NCBI GenBank assembly: GCA_937896275.1
Contig: CALBMW010000727.1
Location: 1 to 16,019, forward strand
Length of the DNA: 16,019 nucleotides
Direction: 5' to 3'
Origin: an uncultured Myxococcales bacterium
GTDB taxonomy: Bacteria > Myxococcota_A > Bradymonadia > UBA7976 > UBA1532
In this document: one piece after another, positions 1 through 7,501 of the stretch
How positions within the stretch are numbered: position 1 is the first letter of the stretch
How the letters are laid out: each line of letters starts with the position of its first letter
Translations under genes and position numbers: made by a program
Notes under the pieces: generated by a model
Told to the model about the DNA's origin: nothing
What the model saw: the letters and a program-made list of their open reading frames with translations, nothing else
The model's database searches: none

Positions 1-127
1 GGCCTCGACCGGCAGCCCGGCACTGCACTCGGTCCGGATTTTGTGGGGAGGCTCTTGGGGCCACGGGCCTCCTCGGGGTCGACTCAACGGGCCAATAGCA
101 CCGCGCCCCGACGCTGACAACCGGCCG

Positions 128-1165
128 TCAGTGGATCGTCGGTGGGCGGCCGTCATAGGGGTCGTGCAGGCGCCGGGGCGCCTCGAGCTCATGGGCGACC
201 TCGATGTCGTCGGCCATGTCCACCGCCTCGTGGGATCGCATCACGTCGAGCCGCTGAGCCTTCTGGCGGCGCCGACGACGCCAGGCCAGCACCAACACCA
301 GCGCGCCCAGGCTCCACAGCGTGGTGGATCCGAAGATGACCGGGAGCCAGCCCCACCGCACCTTCAGCGCCGCCTGCCAGTCGGCCTCGATCGCCCCCAG
401 CGGACGTCCGAACGCGCTCTCGGTGGCGGTGGCGAAGTCCTCGTCACCGTCGCGCAGCCGCCCGAGCAGATCGCGAAAGCGCGCCGCGCCGAACTCGCCC
501 TCGAGGTAACCCACGAAGTGCACCGCCTCGGCGTAGGCCACGCCAGCCCGTGCCCCGGACGCGGGGAAGCCGGCCGACAGGTCCCGCAGCGGCAGCAGGG
601 CGTTCATCGTGGCCGCCTCGGTCAGCAGCCAGGCGCGCTGGAGCGAGAGACCCTCGGACTGCCGGATGGCGACCCCCTCGGAGAACCAGCGCGGGACGCG
701 GTCGGCGGACAGATCGCCCAGCGCGACGTGGCTGAGTTCATGGCGGAAGGTGGTCTCGAGCTGGTCAGGTCCCACCCCCACGTGGAGCAGGATGGCGCGC
801 TGAGCGGGGTAGGCCAGCCCTGCCGCCCACTCCGGCGGTCGGCCGCCATAGTGCGATCGCGCGAAGGCCAGCATCGCCTGCTCATCGCGCAGGATCGTCA
901 CGCGCGTCCGCCCGGCCGGCGCCTCGGCACCCAACTGCGCATAGATGCGCGCGTGCTGCGCCTCGGCGTCATCGACCAGCGTCCGCGCGAAGCCCTCGAG
1001 GCCGGGAGACCAGGCGAAGGCATAGTGTGCGGTCTGCGTGGCCTCGAGCTCCGGCGAGTCGTCCGCCGCGCGGACCGGGCGCGGGGCGGCCATCAGCAGC
1101 ACCGCGAGCACCGGCCAGGCGAGCGAGCACCTCGCGAGGGCGCGCAGCAGGCGGCCCATCCTCAC
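128..1165 (-). CDS. Membrane-anchored zinc metalloprotease, peptidase MA-like (HExxH gluzincin type)
   Basis: 345-aa ORF. The N-terminal signal peptide is MRMGRLLRALARCSLAWPVLAVLLMAAPRPVRA/AD. The HELSH (HExxH) motif is followed 17 residues later by WFSEG (third-ligand Glu), the pattern of Peptidase_MA_2-like domains. A C-terminal TM helix (WLPVIFGSTTLWSLGALVLVLAW) is followed by an RRRRRQK stop-transfer and a cytoplasmic tail. The start is either GTG at 1165 (GTGA overlap with the yggU stop) or ATG at 1159. Confidence 0.75.
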   Translation of the reverse strand: MRMGRLLRALARCSLAWPVLAVLLMAAPRPVRAADDSPELEATQTAHYAFAWSPGLEGFARTLVDDAEAQHARIYAQLGAEAPAGRTRVTILRDEQAMLAFARSHYGGRPPEWAAGLAYPAQRAILLHVGVGPDQLETTFRHELSHVALGDLSADRVPRWFSEGVAIRQSEGLSLQRAWLLTEAATMNALLPLRDLSAGFPASGARAGVAYAEAVHFVGYLEGEFGAARFRDLLGRLRDGDEDFATATESAFGRPLGAIEADWQAALKVRWGWLPVIFGSTTLWSLGALVLVLAWRRRRRQKAQRLDVMRSHEAVDMADDIEVAHELEAPRRLHDPYDGRPPTIH

Positions 1166-1470
1166 GACGGCTCCAATGCCCGCTCGAGGCGGGCCCGCAG
1201 CGTCTCCGGATCCAGGGTCTCGAAGGCCACCCGCTTGCTGCGCCCGGTCGCGCCCTGAACGATCAGCACCGACCGCGCCGGCACATCCATCAGCTTGGCG
1301 AAGAAGCGCGTCAGGGCCGCGTTGGCTGCCCCGTCGACTGGCGGCGCCCGCAGGGCGACCTTGAGCGCACCGTCGTGCAAACCGACGAGCCCCTCGCGCC
1401 GAGCCCGAGGTTGCACGCGGACGGCCACGACCGCCCCCGCGCCCCGCGCCTCGACGCGCGGCGCGCTCAC
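1162..1470 (-). CDS. yggU: DUF167 / YggU family protein
   Basis: This is the C-terminal part of the 1162..2277 track ORF. The sequence VRVQPRARREGLVGLHDGALKVALRAPPVDGAANAALTRFFAKLMDVPARSVLIVQGATGRSKRV matches the DUF167 signature (V.PrA....v......L.v...ApP.dG.AN.al..f.a). The GTG start at 1470 overlaps the divIVA TGA (GTGA). Confidence 0.85.
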   Translation of the reverse strand: MSAPRVEARGAGAVVAVRVQPRARREGLVGLHDGALKVALRAPPVDGAANAALTRFFAKLMDVPARSVLIVQGATGRSKRVAFETLDPETLRARLERALEPS

Positions 1471-1952
1471 CGGCGCGCCTCCCGCGCCGGCTCCGCCTCG
1501 CGATCCATCTCTTCTTGGGTCTCGATGAGCCGCCGGTGACCCTCGATGATGCCGCGGACCTCGGCCATCAGGCGCGCCTTCTGCCGCCGCAGCCCCTGCG
1601 TCTCGTCGGCCAGCCGCACGACCTGCTCTTGAGCGTGCGACAGGATCTTGTCGGCCCGCAGCTCGGCCTCGGCCCGAATCAGCTCGGCCTCCTTGCGCGC
1701 GCTCTCCTTGATCTCGTCGGTCATCCGCCCAGCCTGCACCAGCGCCTCGCGCAGCTGCGCCTCGTTGCCGCGGAACTCCGCGAGCTGCTGCTCTCGCTTG
1801 CGAATCTCCTCTTTGAAGTGGTTGTTCTCGCGGATCATCTCCTCCATCTCGCGCGATACGAGATCGAGGAAGGTGTGCACCTGCTCCGGATCGCACCCGC
1901 GGAACACCCGCTGGAACTGCTGCTGATCGACCTCGAGCGGCGTGATCTTCAC
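1467..1952 (-). CDS. divIVA: DivIVA-domain cell-division/polarity protein
   Basis: 161 aa. The N-terminus MKITPLEVDQQQFQRVFRGCDPEQVHTFLDLV is the canonical DivIVA lipid-binding N-domain (TPLdi..k.F....RGYd..eVd.FLd.v). The remainder is heptad-like, E/R/K/Q-rich coiled coil. The GTG start at 1952 overlaps the proC TGA (GTGA). Confidence 0.9.
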   Translation of the reverse strand: MKITPLEVDQQQFQRVFRGCDPEQVHTFLDLVSREMEEMIRENNHFKEEIRKREQQLAEFRGNEAQLREALVQAGRMTDEIKESARKEAELIRAEAELRADKILSHAQEQVVRLADETQGLRRQKARLMAEVRGIIEGHRRLIETQEEMDREAEPAREARR

Positions 1953-2740
1953 GTCGTCTCCAACTCCTCGGACCGCTTGGTCGCGGCGCCCACCGCCTCG
2001 ATGAGCGCCGCGCGCAGTGCGTGGCGCTCGAGCACCGCGAGCCCCGCGATCGTGGTGCCCCCGGGCGAGGCCACCGCGTCCTTGAGGGCGGCCGGGTGCT
2101 CCCCCGTCTCGAAGGCCATCGCGCCCGCCCCACGCACCGCGGCCGCAGCGAGGCGCAGCGCGGTCGCTCGTGGCATCCCTGCCGCCACCGCGCCATCGGC
2201 CATCGCCTCGATGGCCACGAACAAGAAGGCCGGGCCGCTGCCGACCAGCGCCGTGCCGGCATGAAAGAGCCGCTCATCGGCGACCCTCTCCGCGATGCCG
2301 ACGGCCCCGAAGAGGGTGCAGACGCGCTCCACGTCCTCGACGCGATCGGCCGGCCCCGACAGCACGAGGGTCGCCCCCTGCCCCACGCGGCAGGCGATGT
2401 TCGGCATGGTCCGCACCACGCGGGCGGGTGACGCGGCCAGCTCGAGCCGGCGCCGCGAGACGCCGGCCGCCACCGAGATGACCAGCTGTTCGGGTGTGAA
2501 GGTCAGATCAGCGAGCGCCGCGTCCACTTGCGTCGGCTTGACCGCCAGGACGATCAGCTCCGCCGAGGCCGCCACCTGTTCCCGCGTCGAAGCGGTCACG
2601 CCCAGCCGGGCGGCGGTCTGCGCGCCGCTCTGACGGGCAGCGACCAGCACCTCGTCAGGGCGCATCAGGCCGCGGTCCAGCCACCCCGCGAGCAGCGCCT
2701 GCCCCAGCTTGCCGCAGCCCAGGAAACCGATCCGCCGCAT
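1949..2740 (-). CDS. proC: Pyrroline-5-carboxylate reductase
   Basis: 263 aa from the ATG at 2740 (cat at 2738-2740). It has the Rossmann motif IGFLGCGKLGQAL and the ProC C-terminal signature ALKDAVASPGGTTIAGL. GGGAG lies 6 nt upstream of the ATG. The longer 490-aa track ORF is an out-of-frame upstream extension. Confidence 0.93.
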   Translation of the reverse strand: MRRIGFLGCGKLGQALLAGWLDRGLMRPDEVLVAARQSGAQTAARLGVTASTREQVAASAELIVLAVKPTQVDAALADLTFTPEQLVISVAAGVSRRRLELAASPARVVRTMPNIACRVGQGATLVLSGPADRVEDVERVCTLFGAVGIAERVADERLFHAGTALVGSGPAFLFVAIEAMADGAVAAGMPRATALRLAAAAVRGAGAMAFETGEHPAALKDAVASPGGTTIAGLAVLERHALRAALIEAVGAATKRSEELETT

Positions 2741-2764
2741 CCCACGCTCCCATCCAGGCGCCCC

Positions 2765-2793
2765 AGCGTAGGAGCTTGATTCCCGCGAAGCAA
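2765..2793 (-). promoter_or_regulatory. Candidate sigma70-like promoter for proC-divIVA-yggU
   Basis: On the minus strand: TTGCTT (2793..2788), a 17-nt spacer, then TACGCT (2770..2765), about 25 nt upstream of the proC ATG. The match to consensus is weak and it lies in a 175-nt intergenic gap. Confidence 0.25.
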
Positions 2794-2915
2794 CCGAGCG
2801 CGGGGCGGCCGCGGACGGCGCGCCAGGGCGCGAAGCCGCGGCGGCGCGGGGAAACACCGGCCGGCAGAACGGTGCTGCGCGACGCGGCGCGATCTTTCTC
2901 TTGGGGCGGAGGCGC

Positions 2916-4175
2916 TCAGCGCTGCCCGAACAGGGCCGTGCCCACGCGCACGTGCGTCGCGCCTTCCGCGATCGCTGCCGGAAAGTCGTCGGACATGCCG
3001 ATCGACAGGGACGCCAAGGGTCGATCGGGGCGGGCGTGGGCGTCGCGCAGCATCCGGAGCGCCGCGAAACGTCGCCGCGTGGCGGCCAGGCCATCGGGGG
3101 GAGGCACCGCCATGAGGCCGTCGACCTGCAGGCCATCGATGTCAGCGAGCGCCGCCAGCAGCGCCCCGAGCGCAGCCGGCTCGACCCCGCTCTTGGTGTC
3201 CTCGGCGCCGATATTGACCTGCACGAGCGCGCGGACGGGCAGGCCCGACGCCCGGCGCGCCAACTCGGCCCCGAGCGCCACGTTGTCCAGGCCGTGCACC
3301 AGGTGCACCCGCCCCGCGACGTGCTTCGCCTTGTTGCGTTGAAGGTGGCCGATGAAGTGCCAGCGCGGCCGTTCACCGAGCTGCGCCGCCTTGTCGCGCC
3401 ACTCCTGGACGTAGTTCTCACCCAGATCGACCAGCCCGGCGTCGAGGGCCGCGGTCAGCCGCTCCACGGGCTGCGCCTTGCTCGCGCCCACCAGCGTCAC
3501 CGACGCGGCCGGCCGCCCCGCCGCCTGCGCGGCCGCCGCAATCCGCCCACGGATCACCGCCAGGCGGGCGGCGACGGGGCTACCGAAGGGCGGCAGGGCG
3601 CCCACCTCGACCAGGGCCTCGAGCACCTCGGCCAGCGGCAGCCCCACGACCCCGTCATAGCTGCCCTCCACGGCGTCCACCAACGCGCCCCCGCCGCCCT
3701 GCACCCCATAGGCGCCGGCCTTGTCGAGCGGATCGCCGGTGGCCACGTAGGCACAGAGGGCCTCCTCCGAGAGCGGCGCGAAGGTCACCTCGCTCACCGT
3801 CTCGCCCAGCCGGGGCGCCGCCGCGCCGCTCGCCAGCGCGAAGGCCGTCACCACCTGGTGACGTCGGCCCGCCAGGCGGCGCAGCATCGCGCGCGCCTCG
3901 TCCGGGTCCGCCGGCTTGCCGAGGATGTCGCCCTCCACGGTGACCACGGTGTCGCTCGCCAGCACCCAGCGTGGATCCTCGGCACGCCGGGCCCCGACCC
4001 CGGCCGCGGCTTTCTCGACCGCCATGCGCCGGGCGAAGTCCACCGGCGCCTCGCCCGCCGCAGGCACCTCGGCGACATCGACCGGGCGCACGACCGAGCG
4101 CACCCCGGCCGCCTCGAGCATCACGCGCCGTCGCGGCGACCCCGACGCCAACACCAAGTCAAACGGCACGCTCAT
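2916..4175 (-). CDS. maf-yggS: Fusion protein: N-terminal Maf (nucleoside-triphosphate pyrophosphatase / septum-formation-associated) plus C-terminal YggS/YlmE (PLP-homeostasis protein)
   Basis: A single uninterrupted frame. The Maf part has LVLASGSPRRR and DPLDKAGAYGVQGGGGALV..EGSYDGVVGLPL. It is followed directly by the YggS part, with the PLP-lysine context LVGASKAQP, plus DLGENYVQE, WHFIGHLQRNKAK, SIGMSDDF and VRVGTALFG. The preferred start is the ATG at 4175, with GAGGAGG 7 nt upstream. The track start at 4235 adds 20 non-homologous residues. Confidence 0.85.
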   Translation of the reverse strand: MSVPFDLVLASGSPRRRVMLEAAGVRSVVRPVDVAEVPAAGEAPVDFARRMAVEKAAAGVGARRAEDPRWVLASDTVVTVEGDILGKPADPDEARAMLRRLAGRRHQVVTAFALASGAAAPRLGETVSEVTFAPLSEEALCAYVATGDPLDKAGAYGVQGGGGALVDAVEGSYDGVVGLPLAEVLEALVEVGALPPFGSPVAARLAVIRGRIAAAAQAAGRPAASVTLVGASKAQPVERLTAALDAGLVDLGENYVQEWRDKAAQLGERPRWHFIGHLQRNKAKHVAGRVHLVHGLDNVALGAELARRASGLPVRALVQVNIGAEDTKSGVEPAALGALLAALADIDGLQVDGLMAVPPPDGLAATRRRFAALRMLRDAHARPDRPLASLSIGMSDDFPAAIAEGATHVRVGTALFGQR

Positions 4176-4240
4176 GTCCCCTCCTCGCCCGGTACGCCTC
4201 TGCGCCGATGAAAAACCCAGCAAAACAGCAACCACCGCCG

Positions 4241-4270
4241 TTGACAGTCTGCTCTTTCGTTCAGTAAGGT
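4241..4270 (+). promoter_or_regulatory. Candidate sigma70-type lexA promoter
   Basis: A perfect TTGACA at 4241-4246, an 18-nt spacer, then TAAGGT at 4265-4270. An A-rich tract (4208-4230, gaaaaacccagcaaaacagcaa) lies upstream in the UP-element position. The promoter sits about 100 nt upstream of the lexA ATG. Confidence 0.5.
4249..4264. promoter_or_regulatory. Candidate LexA operator (SOS box 1), GTTCAG type
   Basis: CTGCTC-TTTC-GTTCAG is an imperfect palindrome of the form CTGAAC-N4-GTTCAG. With the following T it matches 14 of 17 positions of the Myxococcus-type LexA motif CTRHAMRYBYGTTCAGS (as I recall it). It overlaps the promoter spacer and abuts the -10. Confidence 0.5.
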
Positions 4271-4280
4271 CTCAACGCAC

Positions 4281-4296
4281 ATGAAAAAACGTTCAG
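4281..4296. promoter_or_regulatory. Candidate LexA operator (SOS box 2), GTTCAG type
   Basis: ATGAAA-AAAC-GTTCAG has a perfect right half-site GTTCAG and a left half matching CTGAAC at 4 of 6 positions. It is the second copy of CGTTCAGT, 32 nt downstream of the first, within the predicted leader. Confidence 0.4.
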
Positions 4297-4369
4297 TGAC
4301 ACTCGCGCGGCGTCACCCGCGCGTGGCGCTCACCGAACGATCCCGACCGAACGATCAAGGACGGTGCTC

Positions 4370-5008
4370 ATGAAGGGCCTCACAGAGCGACAGCAGCAGA
4401 TCCTCGACTTCATCACCGCCTCGATCGCCGGGCGCGGCTACCCGCCGACCATCCGCGAGATCGGCAAGCACATGGGCATCAAGTCCACCAACGGGGTCAA
4501 CGATCATCTCAAGGCGCTCGAGCGCAAGGGCGCGCTGCGGCGGGACGACCTCAAGAGCCGCGCGATGCGCCCGATGAACGTCGACGAAGAAGTGATCGAC
4601 ATCGTCGAGATCCCCATCCTGGGCCGCGTCGCCGCTGGCCAGCCCATCCTCGCCAACGGCGCCGAGATGCACGACGCCGAAGACACCGTCCGCATCGACC
4701 GCATGCTCGTCGGACGGGGCGAAGGCCTCTTCGGGCTGCGCATCGTGGGCGACTCGATGATCGAGGATGGCATCCTCGACGGAGACTACGTCTTCGTTCG
4801 CAAGGCGCCCACCGCGTCCAAGGGCGCGATCGTCGTGGTGCTCATCGACGGCGAGGCCACCTGCAAGCGCTACTTCCCCGAGGGCGACAGCATCCGGTTT
4901 CAACCCGCCAACGCCGCGATGGCCCCGATCTACGTGCACCAGCGGGACTTCCGTCAGACGATGATCCTCGGCGAGGTGGTCGGGGTGTACCGACGCCTGG
5001 CGCACTGA
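4370..5008 (+). CDS. lexA: LexA SOS repressor
   Basis: 212 aa from the ATG at 4370 (AAGGA 8 nt upstream). N-terminal winged HTH: [12 protein letters not shown]....[30 protein letters not shown]. Ala-Gly autocleavage site: VAAGQP. Catalytic Ser in GDSM and Lys in ATCKRY. Confidence 0.94.
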   Translation: MKGLTERQQQILDFITASIAGRGYPPTIREIGKHMGIKSTNGVNDHLKALERKGALRRDDLKSRAMRPMNVDEEVIDIVEIPILGRVAAGQPILANGAEMHDAEDTVRIDRMLVGRGEGLFGLRIVGDSMIEDGILDGDYVFVRKAPTASKGAIVVVLIDGEATCKRYFPEGDSIRFQPANAAMAPIYVHQRDFRQTMILGEVVGVYRRLAH

Positions 5009-5150
5009 GAGGCGTCCGACCCGCCCGACCGTGGCCGGGCTCCTAGACGCGGCGCCGTGCGTGCCGACCCACCATCGCGCGCCCGCTGCGCAACCCACCC
5101 CGCGACGAGGTCGCCTCGGCGACGCAGCTGCACGCCCGCGTGCACGTTCT

Positions 5151-5177
5151 CCAGCACTCGCCGGCCGCGAGTGCTGG
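5151..5177 (+). promoter_or_regulatory. CIRCE-like HrcA operator (inverted repeat)
   Basis: CCAGCACTC-N9-GAGTGCTGG is a perfect 9-bp inverted repeat with a 9-nt spacer. It matches the CIRCE consensus TTAGCACTC-N9-GAGTGCTAA at 7 of 9 positions per arm. It is located 233 nt upstream of the groES ATG. Confidence 0.7.
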
Positions 5178-5266
5178 CACTCTCCCCGCGAGACTGCCAG
5201 ACGCACCTGCATTTCCTTTGATATTTCAGCAACTTCTCGACGCAGAAAAAAAACGTCCCCGGGTGG

Positions 5267-5294
5267 TTGACAGCCCGGCGCGAGCGCTTACATT
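5267..5294 (+). promoter_or_regulatory. Candidate sigma70-type groESL promoter
   Basis: A perfect TTGACA at 5267-5272, a 16-nt spacer, then TACATT at 5289-5294. It is preceded by the most AT-rich stretch of the window (5205-5256, including GAAAAAAAAC), in the UP-element position. This gives a leader of about 110 nt to groES. Confidence 0.45.
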
Positions 5295-5409
5295 CACTGC
5301 CGCTCGCGGTTGGCCGCGAAACGGATTCATCCATGCCGCCTGGTGGCGGCGCCCCGGAATCGTGGGCGGCACCTCAGAACGGCGACACCCTTTGCAGCGG
5401 GAGCACACC

Positions 5410-5700
5410 ATGAAGATCAGGCCCTTGTACGATCGCATCATCGTCAAGCGGATCGAAGCGGAGACCACCAGCAAGGGTGGCATCATCATCCCCGACAACG
5501 CCAAGGAGAAGCCCATCGAGGGCGAGGTCATCGCCGTCGGCAATGGCAAGATCCTCGACGACGGGTCCGTGCGCGCGCTCGAGGTGAAGGCCGGCGACCG
5601 CATCCTGTTCGGCAAGTACAGCGGGACCGAGATCAAGGTCAGCGGCGAAGAGCACCTCATCCTGCGCGAGGACGAAGTCCTTGCGATCGTCGAACGCTAA
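5410..5700 (+). CDS. groES: Co-chaperonin GroES
   Basis: 96 aa, [46 protein letters not shown]..., full-length GroES. GGGAG lies 6 nt upstream of the ATG. The 186-aa track ORF is an upstream extension. Confidence 0.97.
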   Translation: MKIRPLYDRIIVKRIEAETTSKGGIIIPDNAKEKPIEGEVIAVGNGKILDDGSVRALEVKAGDRILFGKYSGTEIKVSGEEHLILREDEVLAIVER

Positions 5701-5709
5701 AGGACTTAG

Positions 5710-7356
<1,647 letters not shown>

Positions 7357-7373
7357 TCGGCGCGCCCTGAAGC

Positions 7374-7437
7374 GATGACCCCTCTGCGGGGTCGTCGCCG
7401 CGAAAGCCTCGGCTCCGGCCGGGGCTTTCGTCGTTTC
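7374..7437 (+). terminator. Tandem hairpins / likely intrinsic terminator of groESL
   Basis: Hairpin 1 is 7374-7396: a 9-bp stem (GATGACCCC / GGGGTCGTC, one G-U pair) with loop TCTGC. Hairpin 2 is 7401-7430: a 13-bp stem (CGAAAGCCTCGGC / GCCGGGGCTTTCG, one G-U pair) with loop TCCG. Hairpin 2 is followed by TCGTTTC. The structure begins 18 nt after the groEL stop. Confidence 0.6.
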
Positions 7438-7501
7438 AGGACCCTCCCCACAAGGTCGCTCGGCTCGATCCGACCCGTGTGGGAATGATCTCGGGCGACC
7501 G

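Noticed and set aside
45-74. GGGGAGGC...GCCTCCTC hairpin downstream of the protease gene, considered as a terminator
   Set aside because: The loop is 14 nt, and on the minus-strand transcript the stem is followed by ACAAAAUCC, with no U-tract. It cannot be supported as an intrinsic terminator.
1-117. Open frame 1 at the left edge (GLDRQPGTALGPDFVGRLLGPRASSGSTQRANSTAPRR*), considered as the 3' end of a plus-strand gene
   Set aside because: It has no recognisable motif, implausible composition and is too short to evaluate. I left it unannotated.
41-1258. 405-aa plus-strand ORF
   Set aside because: It is antisense to the motif-supported HExxH protease gene. The product is Arg/Gly/Pro-rich with no recognisable motif. 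This is the typical shadow ORF of high-GC DNA.
2741-3421. N-terminal extension of the proC ORF (490-aa version), and likewise the 1471..2277 extension of the yggU ORF
   Set aside because: The extensions overlap the yggS and proC/divIVA coding regions out of frame and are compositionally aberrant. Homology begins at MRRIGFLGCGKLG (2740) for proC and at VSAPRVEARG (1470) for yggU.
2901-4211. 436-aa plus-strand ORF
   Set aside because: It is antisense to the Maf-YggS frame, which carries many family signatures. The product is Arg/His/Gly-rich nonsense.
4176-4235. 20-codon N-terminal extension of Maf (MVAVLLGFSSAQRRTGRGGD)
   Set aside because: Maf homology starts at MSVPFDLVLASGSPRR, and a strong GAGGAGG SD precedes the ATG at 4175. 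The extension is probably untranslated, though not excluded.
5245-5256. GAAAAAAAACGT upstream of groES, resembling GAAAAAACGT of lexA box 2; considered as a third LexA half-site
   Set aside because: It continues as CCCCGG rather than TCAG, so the conserved GTTCAG arm is missing. It is more simply an A-tract or UP-like element adjacent to the -35.
5140-5409. Upstream extension making a 186-aa groES ORF
   Set aside because: GroES homology begins at the [10 protein letters not shown] start at 5410 with a GGGAG SD. The extension covers promoter and CIRCE-containing non-coding DNA.
7446-7483. Interrupted hairpin CCCACA-A-GGTCG...CGACC-CG-TGTGGG just downstream of the PilZ gene stop, considered as the operon terminator
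   Set aside because: The stem is bulged, the loop is 12 nt, and no U-run follows on the minus-strand transcript. It may contribute to convergent termination together with the groEL hairpins, but that is not demonstrable from sequence.
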